The notes below the pieces were generated by a model. That model had not been told where the DNA came from, did not search any database, and was given only the letters and a program-made list of their open reading frames with translations. From an uncultured bacterium (GTDB lineage Bacteria > Bacteroidota > Bacteroidia > NS11-12g > UBA9320): a DNA stretch of 45,465 bases. The stretch lies in contig CAWVTM010000001.1 of NCBI GenBank assembly GCA_963933305.1, forward strand, positions 1 through 45,465. The letters run 5' to 3'. Positions 7,408-15,899 of this stretch are shown here, piece after piece. The position numbers and the translations under genes were made by a program. How positions within the stretch are numbered: the stretch's first letter is position 1; every line of letters begins with the position of its first letter.

Positions 7408-9771
7408 ATGAGATTTGAAAATACCTCTGTGAGTAAATCTACGCTGGATTTACCTGTATTAGATATTCTAGAAGAAGCTGGAGTTTGTTTTTCTATCAAA
7501 GGTAATGATCTCGAATTTATATATCAAAGCAAGGCATTTAATGAGTTGCTGGGTATCGCACGACTATATACAAATGATTTTGAAATATTTATACCAGAAA
7601 TAGCATATGAGATAGCTCAAGAAGATAGCTTAATTTCAACCTCTGGTGTAGCAGAAGATGTAGATCGAGTTCTAATTACAAAAAAGGGTAAAGAACTTAT
7701 AGTCAGAGTAAAAAGGTCAATTGTGAATCACAAAGGCGGAACACTATTGGTTACCATTTATACAGATATAACTAAACAGAGCCAAAACAAGCAGTTCGAG
7801 GCCTATAAAAAGGTATTAACAGATGGAGAAGTGTTTGAAAAAATGCTCAATAGATTTTCTCAGCGTATATTTAGTAGTCAGAGTAGAAATGATGTATTTA
7901 ATGGAGTCGGTAATTTATGTCTAGATGTATTAGACTTACAAAATTTGTCCATATATATAATGGATCAAGAGATGCTAGTTCTTCGTCAAATAGAAATATT
8001 AATCGATGGTGAGCAAATAATAAGTAATGAAAACACTCTGAATCCTGTTGCTATTCCCTTATCTGATGGAGTAATAGGGAAATGTGCACGTACTAAAACT
8101 ACTATAATCATAGATGATGTTAGCCGTATTAGAGATGTCAGAGAGGTTAAGAGTGAACTAACAGTACCTATTATTTATCATAATGAGGTGCTAGGAGTCA
8201 TTGATATTGAGAGTTCTCTATATGCTATATCTACAGATAAGACCAAGAGAATAATTGAAGGTTTAGCCTCATTACTAGCCATTAAACTCTATGAAATAGA
8301 AAGTAAAGAGTACATAGAGGCAAAAAATGAGCAACTCCATAGTTTGGTGAAAAATAATCCCAATGCTATTGCCATGTTAGATAATAAAGGCAACTATGTG
8401 CAAGTTTCAGATGACTGGATGCTGCAGTTTGTTTCATCTAAGTATGACTCTATACTCGGATTGAATCATTTTGAGCTAAATCCTAATATTCCCAGCAGAT
8501 GGAAGAAACTAATGGATAAGGCGTATAGCGGTGTGCATCAAGTAATGCAAAAAGAAGGCTACAAAAGAAGAAATGGTGAAGTCGCATTTTTTAAAGGTAA
8601 AATCAATCCCTGGTTTCTTAAAAAAGGCGAAGTAGGTGGTATTATCATACTTGCAGATAACATAACAGAATCAGTAAATGCCGAGGTAAGACTCCTGAAG
8701 TCTGCGGAAGAACTAGAAGAAGCTAAATTAATAGGTCAACTATTTAATTGGGAGATTGATATAGAAAAAGGGATTATACAGGTGGATACAGGAAAACAAA
8801 ACATACCTGGAGTAGAAAATGGTAGGCAGTATAATTTAGATACTTTCTTTCAGTTCATAGATACTGGAGATCATGCAGATTTTAATCAAGCCATAGAGCA
8901 AGCAATTGCTGGTAACAAAGAGTTTTCGCTGATTCATCCGTTTAAAGTGAAGAGCAGAGTTTTCTGGATGGATAATAGAGGTAAAGTAATTACCGAGAAT
9001 GGTGCAATTACACTTGTGAAGGGAACTGCACATAACATCACAGATCAGATAGATGCTGAAAATGCCTACAAGCAAAAAAATAGAGAACTTAAGAAACTAA
9101 ATAGAGAATTAGATCAATTTGTCTATAAAACGGCTCATGATCTACGTGCTCCATTAGCAAATATTCTAGGGCTTGTAGATTTGATGCGGATGGAGGGAAA
9201 TCCTAAAATACTTGCTACTTACTTTGACTTGCAAGAGAAAAGTGTGTCTAAGCTTGATACGTTTATCAAAGAAATAACCAACTATACTAAAAATACTCGT
9301 CTGCCGCTGAAGAGAGATGAAATTAACTTTGACACAATCGTAGACGGTGTACTGAGAGAGCACATGTTTATAGCAGGATCAGACCTAGTTCAGAAAAATC
9401 TCAATGTAGAAAAATCTAAATTATACTACTCTGACTGCGAGCGTATTACTATTGTTTTAAATAACTTAATAGCAAATGCTATTAAGTTTAGGGATGACAA
9501 AAAAGAAAACAGTTTTGTAGAAATAAATGTAAAATCGGAGGATAAATATATCCACATCAGTGTACGAGATAATGGTATAGGTATACCGGATGAATTCAAA
9601 GATAAAGTGTTTGATATGTTTTATAGGGCTAATAAATTTGCCGAGGGTAGCGGTATAGGTCTTTATATAGTGCGAGAGACAGTAAGAAAACTTGGTGGGT
9701 CTATATTACTCAAGACAGAAGAAGGAGCGTATACTGAATTTAACATACTTTTACCAAACACAAAGTTTTAA
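7408..9771 (+). CDS. Cytoplasmic multi-sensor (PAS-GAF-PAS-PAS) histidine kinase
   Basis: No TM segments. GAF-like block VIGKCARTKTTIIIDDV...SELTVPIIYHNEVLGVIDIES. H-box FVYKTAHDLRAPLANILG. HATPase_c NLIANAIKF, DNGIGIP, GSGIGLYIV. Confidence 0.85.
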   Translation: MRFENTSVSKSTLDLPVLDILEEAGVCFSIKGNDLEFIYQSKAFNELLGIARLYTNDFEIFIPEIAYEIAQEDSLISTSGVAEDVDRVLITKKGKELIVRVKRSIVNHKGGTLLVTIYTDITKQSQNKQFEAYKKVLTDGEVFEKMLNRFSQRIFSSQSRNDVFNGVGNLCLDVLDLQNLSIYIMDQEMLVLRQIEILIDGEQIISNENTLNPVAIPLSDGVIGKCARTKTTIIIDDVSRIRDVREVKSELTVPIIYHNEVLGVIDIESSLYAISTDKTKRIIEGLASLLAIKLYEIESKEYIEAKNEQLHSLVKNNPNAIAMLDNKGNYVQVSDDWMLQFVSSKYDSILGLNHFELNPNIPSRWKKLMDKAYSGVHQVMQKEGYKRRNGEVAFFKGKINPWFLKKGEVGGIIILADNITESVNAEVRLLKSAEELEEAKLIGQLFNWEIDIEKGIIQVDTGKQNIPGVENGRQYNLDTFFQFIDTGDHADFNQAIEQAIAGNKEFSLIHPFKVKSRVFWMDNRGKVITENGAITLVKGTAHNITDQIDAENAYKQKNRELKKLNRELDQFVYKTAHDLRAPLANILGLVDLMRMEGNPKILATYFDLQEKSVSKLDTFIKEITNYTKNTRLPLKRDEINFDTIVDGVLREHMFIAGSDLVQKNLNVEKSKLYYSDCERITIVLNNLIANAIKFRDDKKENSFVEINVKSEDKYIHISVRDNGIGIPDEFKDKVFDMFYRANKFAEGSGIGLYIVRETVRKLGGSILLKTEEGAYTEFNILLPNTKF

Positions 9772-9776
9772 AACTT

Positions 9777-10160
9777 ATGCTAGTATTCTTAGTAGATGAT
9801 GACCCAATACAAAATATGATTAATTCTCAGTTAGTTAGATTATACGATGACAAAATTAAGTATATGATTTATACTAATGGGTTAGAGGTCATCCAAGGAT
9901 TGGAAGAAGGATTATTACCAGACATTATTTTTTTGGATATTAATATGCCAATAATGAGTGGTTTTGAGTTTTTAAACTTATATCAGCATTACCCAGATGC
10001 TGCTATTGTCTTTATGCTTAGTTCTTCTGATAATGAAGAGGATCGCAAGCAGGCAAATAATTATCGGTGCGTGGAAGGGTACGTTATCAAACCAGTAGGT
10101 AAACAAGTCCTACATGACATACTCTCGTCAGTTGACAAGAAAAGAACCCAAGGAAGTTAA
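9777..10160 (+). CDS. Stand-alone response-regulator receiver domain (CheY-like)
   Basis: 127 aa with acidic pocket LVDDD and phospho-acceptor context PDIIFLDINMPIMSGFEFL. No output domain. Starts 5 nt after the kinase gene. Confidence 0.85.
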   Translation: MLVFLVDDDPIQNMINSQLVRLYDDKIKYMIYTNGLEVIQGLEEGLLPDIIFLDINMPIMSGFEFLNLYQHYPDAAIVFMLSSSDNEEDRKQANNYRCVEGYVIKPVGKQVLHDILSSVDKKRTQGS

Positions 10161-10172
10161 AAAATACATAAT

Positions 10173-10201
10173 AAAAAAGCCACTCTAATAGTGGCTTTTT
10201 T
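10173..10201. terminator. Bidirectional rho-independent terminator
   Basis: AAAAAAGCCACT-CTAAT-AGTGGCTTTTTT lies between the receiver gene (plus strand) and the 3' end of tRNA-Ser (minus strand). Confidence 0.8.
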
Positions 10202-10206
10202 ATTAT

Positions 10207-10292
<86 letters not shown>

Positions 10293-10467
10293 GTATGTGT
10301 TTAAATACTTGAAAGATAAATATTTCTCTCTTTAAGCGAGTGCAAACCTAGTCAAAAACTCCTTTAATCAAATGTTTTTCTTATCAATTTAATTTAAAGG
10401 CCTGAGAATCCAAGATTACTTAATATGAGCTAGAATATTACGTTTAGGAATACTCTGAAGACAAGCT

Positions 10468-11382
10468 TTACGCTGCTTTATCTATACTTCTATTGAGTTC
10501 AAACCCAATCAGAACTACAAAGCAGTTGACATAGATAAGAATCATGAGTACGAGCAGCGTTCCTACTGAACCATATAGCTTGTTATACGAGTTGAAGTTT
10601 TCTACATACATTCTAAATCCCCAAGTACTTAGTATAGACAGAATAGTAGCTACAGTACTTCCCGCAGAAAAAAATCGCCATTTACTGCCTTTATTACTGC
10701 CAAAGTAGTACAGCGAGCTGAAGATAAAATAAACCAGCGATATGGTGAGAATATATTCTATTGCAGATAACACGAATTTTGTTAGAGTATCATTGATAGT
10801 CACCTGGCCGTCCAGGAAATTGAAACCGTAGTTAAATGTAATAGAGAGTAGTGCTGTGGTAATTAGAAGTGAAACAACTAAAAAGAGTAATATTATACTT
10901 TTTAGTCTTATATCAAACCAATTACGCTGAAGTATAGACTCTACTCCCGTATCAAAAGCGGAGAGCATACTGGCAAAACCGTTACTAGAAAAGTACAATG
11001 CTGCTATAAAACCAAATGAAAGGAGCCCCGCATTTTGATTAGTAACTATATCGGTGATGGTCTCATTTACAAAATAAAAAGCTTTATCAGGTAGAAATTT
11101 TTGAATAAAACCAGTGATTAGCCCTTCTAGGTTTTCAATGGGTATGTAAGGAATAAGTGTGAATAGGAAAATAATAAGAGGAAATATGGCAATGAAAAAA
11201 TTAAAAGCTAAGGAAGAAGCCCTAAGGTTTAAATCTTCTTCAAATAATCCATTAATAAAAAACTTGCCGACTTGATATATTGATTTCTCTTTAAAACCAG
11301 GTAAACTGACGTTTTTTAGCTTTTTATCAAGGAACTGATCTAAAACGGTAAGTTTAGTTGTTATTTTTTTATTAAGTTTCAA
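10468..11382 (-). CDS. YihY/BrkB-family inner-membrane protein
   Basis: LRASSLAFNFFIAIFPLIIFLFTLIPYIP followed by several TM helices. There is no in-frame ATG near the 5' end. I prefer the TTG at 11382 (MKLNKKITTK...). The longest ORF reaches another TTG at 11427 but would overlap the serC promoter box and start codon. Confidence 0.75.
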   Translation of the reverse strand: MKLNKKITTKLTVLDQFLDKKLKNVSLPGFKEKSIYQVGKFFINGLFEEDLNLRASSLAFNFFIAIFPLIIFLFTLIPYIPIENLEGLITGFIQKFLPDKAFYFVNETITDIVTNQNAGLLSFGFIAALYFSSNGFASMLSAFDTGVESILQRNWFDIRLKSIILLFLVVSLLITTALLSITFNYGFNFLDGQVTINDTLTKFVLSAIEYILTISLVYFIFSSLYYFGSNKGSKWRFFSAGSTVATILSILSTWGFRMYVENFNSYNKLYGSVGTLLVLMILIYVNCFVVLIGFELNRSIDKAA

Positions 11383-11413
11383 GGTGATACGACTGCAAAT
11401 AACAAGAATTAAA

Positions 11414-11421
11414 TAGTTTTG
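11414..11421 (+). promoter_or_regulatory. -7 promoter box TAGTTTTG (serC)
   Basis: Exact TAnnTTTG match 15 nt upstream of the ATG at 11437. The track TTG start (11419) lies inside the box. Confidence 0.5.
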
Positions 11422-11436
11422 CCACAATTAAATTTT

Positions 11437-12489
11437 ATGAGCAAAATACATAATTTTTCCGCAGGACCAGCCATCCTTCCACAAGAGGTAATTCAAAACT
11501 GTGCTGATGCTATTCTAAACTTTGCTGGGACTAATCTCTCACTGATAGAAGTTTCTCACAGAAGTAAGGAATACGTAGCTGTAATGGACGAAGCTCGTAG
11601 TCTGGTAAAAAAAATAATGAATCTAGGGGATGACTACGAAGTAGTATATCTGCAAGGTGGGGCTAGTATGCAGTTTCTGATGACTGCTATGAATTTTTTA
11701 GAAACAAAGGGAGCCTATACTGATACTGGAACTTGGGCTACGAAAGCTATAAAAGAGGCTAGAGCATTCGGTGATGTAGAGGTATTGGGCTCCTCAGAAG
11801 ATAAGAACTTTACTTATATACCTAAAGACTATACTATCTCTGCGGACTATGACTATTTCCATTGTACTTCTAATAATACGATTTATGGTACTCAGATGCA
11901 GTCATTTCCCGATTGCACTGTGCCGATGATATGTGATATGAGTTCAGATATATTTAGCAGGGAGTTAGATTTTTCTAAATTTGATTTAATCTACGCTGGA
12001 GCTCAAAAAAATATGGGACCCGCAGGAACTACACTCGTAGTCGTGAAGAAGAGTGCCTTAGGAAAAGTGAGTAGACATATTCCTAGTATGTTGGACTATT
12101 CTTTACATATAGACAAGGATTCCATGTTTAATACACCTTCGGTATTTGCAGTATACGGATGTCTTCAGACACTGAAGTGGATAGATAAGCAGGGATTAGC
12201 AAATATAGAAAAGCTCAATAACCAGAAGGCAGATTTGTTATACGGAGAAATTGATGCTAATGATCTTTTTCAAGGAACTACTGCCGTGGAGGACAGATCT
12301 AGAATGAATGCTACCTTTTTACTTAAAGATGAAAGTAAAAATGACGCATTTTTAGCTGCCTGTGCTGCTGCTAATGTTAATGGAATAAAGGGACATAGAA
12401 GTGTAGGAGGATTTAGAGCTAGTATGTATAATGCTTTAGGATTAGATAGCGTTCAAGTTCTAGTAGACGTAATAAGAAATTTCAAGTAA
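11437..12489 (+). CDS. serC: Phosphoserine aminotransferase
   Basis: MSKIHNFSAGPAILPQEV, YLQGGAS, and GAQKN (PLP-lysine region). Start moved from the track TTG at 11419 to the ATG at 11437. Confidence 0.92.
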   Translation: MSKIHNFSAGPAILPQEVIQNCADAILNFAGTNLSLIEVSHRSKEYVAVMDEARSLVKKIMNLGDDYEVVYLQGGASMQFLMTAMNFLETKGAYTDTGTWATKAIKEARAFGDVEVLGSSEDKNFTYIPKDYTISADYDYFHCTSNNTIYGTQMQSFPDCTVPMICDMSSDIFSRELDFSKFDLIYAGAQKNMGPAGTTLVVVKKSALGKVSRHIPSMLDYSLHIDKDSMFNTPSVFAVYGCLQTLKWIDKQGLANIEKLNNQKADLLYGEIDANDLFQGTTAVEDRSRMNATFLLKDESKNDAFLAACAAANVNGIKGHRSVGGFRASMYNALGLDSVQVLVDVIRNFK

Positions 12490-12498
12490 AGAATATAA

Positions 12499-13449
12499 AT
12501 GAACATATTAATAAACGACGGACTACATTCTGCCGGTATAGAGCTCCTGAAAAATGCAGGACATAAAGTAGATACTAATAATATACCACAAGAAGAACTA
12601 CTGGGTAAACTAAATGAGTATGACGCCATATTGGTGAGAAGTGCCACCACTGTAAGAAAAGACCTTATGGATGCTGCTCCTAATCTGAAGTTAATAGGTA
12701 GAGGAGGCGTAGGGCTGGATAACATAGATTTAATTTCTGCTAAAGAAAAAAATATAGCCGTATTTAATACACCAGCTGCGTCATCTAGATCTGTAGCTGA
12801 GTTAGCGATGGCTCACTTATTCGGGATAGTTAGATCACTTCCTGCAGTTAATAAGGCTATGTCCGTTGACGGAGTGTCTGATTTTAAAGCGTTGAAAAAA
12901 TCTGCTAGCAAAGGAATAGAACTACAAGGAAAGACTTTAGGTCTTATAGGTTTTGGTAGAATTGGTAGAGAAACCGCTAGCATAGCAATAGGCTGTGGGA
13001 TGAAGATCATAGCATTTGATCCGTATACTAAAGATGCTGAAGTAGAGGTGAAACTCCATCCTGATTACGATTTTAATCACACAATACATGTTAAAACCGT
13101 TAGTAAGGAAGAATTGCTAATCAATGCAGATTTTATTAGCCTGCACATACCTGGTGGACAGGGATACGTGTTGGATACTGCTGATTTTGTGCAGATGAAA
13201 GATGGAGTAGGAATAGTAAATTGTGCTCGAGGTGGTACTATTAGTGAAAATGCTTTGATAGATGCCATAAACTCTGGAAAGGTAAAATATGCAGCTACGG
13301 ATGTATTTGAGAAAGAACCGCCAGTAGATGATAGAATACTAAGAATGGGAGCAGTAGGACTTAGCCCCCACATAGGAGCTAGTACTGGAGAAGCTCAAGA
13401 AAGAGTAGGCATAGAACTTGCTGAAAAAATTATCGAATTTTTCAAATAG
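12499..13449 (+). CDS. serA: D-3-phosphoglycerate dehydrogenase / D-2-hydroxyacid dehydrogenase
   Basis: Rossmann motif GLIGFGRIGRE, catalytic-domain VRSATTV...GRGGVGLDNIDL, and C-terminal SPHIGAST. Starts 9 nt after serC. Confidence 0.85.
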   Translation: MNILINDGLHSAGIELLKNAGHKVDTNNIPQEELLGKLNEYDAILVRSATTVRKDLMDAAPNLKLIGRGGVGLDNIDLISAKEKNIAVFNTPAASSRSVAELAMAHLFGIVRSLPAVNKAMSVDGVSDFKALKKSASKGIELQGKTLGLIGFGRIGRETASIAIGCGMKIIAFDPYTKDAEVEVKLHPDYDFNHTIHVKTVSKEELLINADFISLHIPGGQGYVLDTADFVQMKDGVGIVNCARGGTISENALIDAINSGKVKYAATDVFEKEPPVDDRILRMGAVGLSPHIGASTGEAQERVGIELAEKIIEFFK

Positions 13450-13454
13450 TATTA

Positions 13455-14651
13455 GTGCCACAAATATTCCCATTTAAAGCCCTTAGGCCTAGCCCAAATT
13501 TTGTAAACTTAGTTACGGCTAAGTCTACAGACTTTTCTAATCATGAAGATCTGGTACATGAGATTAGAACTAACTCGTTCACATTTCATCACGTTACTAA
13601 AAGTCACTTGAGCTACAGTGGAGCTTTTCAAGAACCAGAGAAATTCCTCCCTTTTGCCGCGAAGTATATAAAAGATATGAAAGCCAAAGGTGTGTTCATA
13701 AGAGAAGAGGAAGACTCTTTTTATATCTACGAACAAATTAGAAAAGATGGAAAAATATTTAAAGGCCTAATAGCTTTATGTTCTGTAGAGGACTATAAAG
13801 CAAATAAGATAAAAAAGCACGAAGAAATTAGACCCAGTAGATTAAAGTTTCTAGTAGAACTATTTAAAACTACTAAAGTAATGGGAGAGCCTACACTGTT
13901 AGCTCATAATGGTGCTGTGCCCTTAGATGTAACGAATGCACAGCTACTGTACTCTTTTACTACTGTGGATGATAAACGTCACATAATATATAAGATAAGT
14001 GACAAAATACAGTTAGCAGAGATGCAAGCGGCGATAACTGCTATAGATAATCTTTACATAGCTGACGGTCATCATAGGTCTGCTTCTACAAGAGATTTTA
14101 ATGCTAACGTAACTACTTTAGATAATAATAAATCTATGTGCTGTATAATGCACGAGGAGGATTTAGAAATACTACCATTTCACAGACTCATTAAGCCGGT
14201 AACTAGTCTATCTACACAAGATATAATTACTGCACTATCGCATAAGTTTGAGGTCAGTATATCTGTTGATTCACTTTATGAGATCAAAAACAGAAATGAG
14301 TTTGGATTATACGTTGGTAAGCATTGGTATCAACTAAAACTCAAAGAATCTTCTGATTTACCTGATGTTCAGATTCTAGAAAATTATGTAGTGAGAGAAA
14401 TTTTCAAGATTGCTGATAGCCGTATAGACAGTCAGATTAGCTTTCATCCACATACCGCTGGAGAGAATTTGCTTAAAAAATTAATAGATGCAGATACGTA
14501 TAGCCTAGCTATAACCACGAAGGCTTGTAACTTCAGTGAGGTAAGACTTGTAGCTGATCAGAATGATACTATGCCCCCTAAGTCTACCTATATAGAACCC
14601 AAACTACGTGCAGGATTGATAATCCAAGAGTTTGAGACGATCAAAAAATAA
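13455..14651 (+). CDS. DUF1015-family protein (function unknown)
   Basis: N-terminal FPFKALRP and central YIADGHHRSAS are DUF1015 hallmarks. GTG start 5 nt after serA. Confidence 0.75.
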   Translation: MPQIFPFKALRPSPNFVNLVTAKSTDFSNHEDLVHEIRTNSFTFHHVTKSHLSYSGAFQEPEKFLPFAAKYIKDMKAKGVFIREEEDSFYIYEQIRKDGKIFKGLIALCSVEDYKANKIKKHEEIRPSRLKFLVELFKTTKVMGEPTLLAHNGAVPLDVTNAQLLYSFTTVDDKRHIIYKISDKIQLAEMQAAITAIDNLYIADGHHRSASTRDFNANVTTLDNNKSMCCIMHEEDLEILPFHRLIKPVTSLSTQDIITALSHKFEVSISVDSLYEIKNRNEFGLYVGKHWYQLKLKESSDLPDVQILENYVVREIFKIADSRIDSQISFHPHTAGENLLKKLIDADTYSLAITTKACNFSEVRLVADQNDTMPPKSTYIEPKLRAGLIIQEFETIKK

Positions 14652-14736
14652 TTCATAAGATGGGTACGCTTACTTGCATTGCTCACCTAAAAAAGAAGCC
14701 TAAAGACTAATAATTTCTAGGTGATCTAGGATAATT

Positions 14737-15273
14737 TTAGGCGATAGCTACTTTTCTACTGGTAGCTAAGTTGTATGCCAAATAAATACTCAGACTAAAC
14801 ACTATCTGACTAACTAGTGTTGCCCTAAAAAATGGAAGAGCTAACTCATAAGAAGTCATTAGTCCAGCGAAATCCTTAGTGTACTGAGGCATCGTAATCC
14901 ATGAACCTGCATTACTTATCAGAAAGAATGCAACTGCTGCAACTATACTGCCTCCGAGTACTTTGCTGAGAGACGCATTTTTGGATAAGAATGTTCCAAG
15001 TAAAATTATAGCGGCAAATGAAGCATACACAAATAAGAAGTCTAGACTAAGCATATAATCCATATACATAGGAGAGGATAACCCTAATAATATGTCTCCT
15101 AGTAATAATGCTCCCATAGGAACTACCCATCTCAATATCTTAGAACTAAATAAAACTCCGCCCATTAGAGCGATAGCTCCGAGTGGATTAAAATTTGGTA
15201 TCTGAAAGAAAACTCTAATCAATGTAAGTGCTACTAGTAGTGCTGTAAGTAAAATTATATCCTGCTTTTTCAT
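14737..15273 (-). CDS. DUF6580-like small polytopic membrane protein
   Basis: Five or six TM helices, with NFNPLGAIALMGGVLF...LLLGDILLG. Start moved to the ATG at 15273 because the track GTG (15294) overlaps the -7 box. Confidence 0.55.
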   Translation of the reverse strand: MKKQDIILLTALLVALTLIRVFFQIPNFNPLGAIALMGGVLFSSKILRWVVPMGALLLGDILLGLSSPMYMDYMLSLDFLFVYASFAAIILLGTFLSKNASLSKVLGGSIVAAVAFFLISNAGSWITMPQYTKDFAGLMTSYELALPFFRATLVSQIVFSLSIYLAYNLATSRKVAIA

Positions 15274-15293
15274 CTGTTTTATAAACCTAATCA

Positions 15294-15301
15294 CAAAGGT
15301 A
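15294..15301 (-). promoter_or_regulatory. -7 promoter box TACCTTTG (minus strand)
   Basis: The plus strand reads CAAAGGTA. The box is 20 nt upstream of the ATG at 15273. Confidence 0.45.
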
Positions 15302-15339
15302 GAAATCTTTATGTCACAATGAAATAATACTATTTGTCA

Positions 15340-15497
15340 GGTTATTAATATTTGTTAATAACCAGCTTTTAATACGTTAACAATCAGTAGTTTGCATCTT
15401 AAAACAAAAGAGAATTTTAGGTGAATAAATATCTAAACGACAAAATATGTTTAACAAATGTTAATTTAACAAATGTTAATAGGTTTACATTTGTTAA
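15340..15497. promoter_or_regulatory. Operator-like array of TTAACA/TGTTAA palindromes
   Basis: Sites are: GGTTATTAA-TATTTG-TTAATAACC (15340-15363); half-site TTAACAA (15377-15383); a perfect tandem 15-mer TTTAACAAATGTTAA x2 (15450-15464 and 15465-15479); and an inverted copy TTTACATTTGTTAA (15484-15497). The inverted copy contains the -7 box TACATTTG (15486-15493), 11 nt before the ATG at 15505. Confidence 0.6.
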
Positions 15498-15504
15498 TTA
15501 AATT

Positions 15505-15855
15505 ATGAGTATTAATAAGAGAGTAGAGACGCTAATAGACAAAACTTCCAATAGTAAATCTGACTTCAGTAAGGCTACAGGGATAAGTACAGTAATATTA
15601 TCCCATATAAGTTCAGGTAGGAATAAGGTAAGCCTCACTGCGGTAGAACAAATTATTAAAGCTTTTCCAACTATAAATGCAGAATGGATACTTACTGGTA
15701 AGGGTCAGATGTACAGAGATGGATTAGATAGTGACATAGCAGAAGAGCTAGAGAGTGCATTGATACTCTTGGAGGACGAGCATAAGCGTTACGCTAAGTC
15801 TATGGAAAGTAAAATATCAGTATTGAGAAGAACTATAGCAGCTCTCAAAGGTTAA
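15505..15855 (+). CDS. Small HTH (XRE/phage-repressor-like) DNA-binding protein with a C-terminal coiled coil
   Basis: SDFSKATGISTVILSHISSGRNKVSLTAVEQII is an HTH, followed by the EWILTGKG motif typical of this repressor class. The C-terminal half is helical and acidic. Confidence 0.7.
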   Translation: MSINKRVETLIDKTSNSKSDFSKATGISTVILSHISSGRNKVSLTAVEQIIKAFPTINAEWILTGKGQMYRDGLDSDIAEELESALILLEDEHKRYAKSMESKISVLRRTIAALKG

Positions 15856-15899
15856 ATACACGTATAATAGAAGTAAATTGCACTTTTTAAATTAAATTA

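Noticed and set aside
11419-11436. Longest-ORF N-terminal extensions from TTG/GTG starts (serC 11419, thioesterase 22233, prmC 39710, DUF6580 15294, yihY 11427).
   Set aside because: Each of these start codons lies within or against a TAnnTTTG -7 box or overlaps a divergent gene start. A downstream ATG (TTG for yihY) gives a more typical N-terminus.
15450-15479. The tandem 15-mer as a CRISPR or minisatellite array.
   Set aside because: There are only two copies, they are too short and there are no spacers. Their palindromic cores and promoter position fit operator sites instead.
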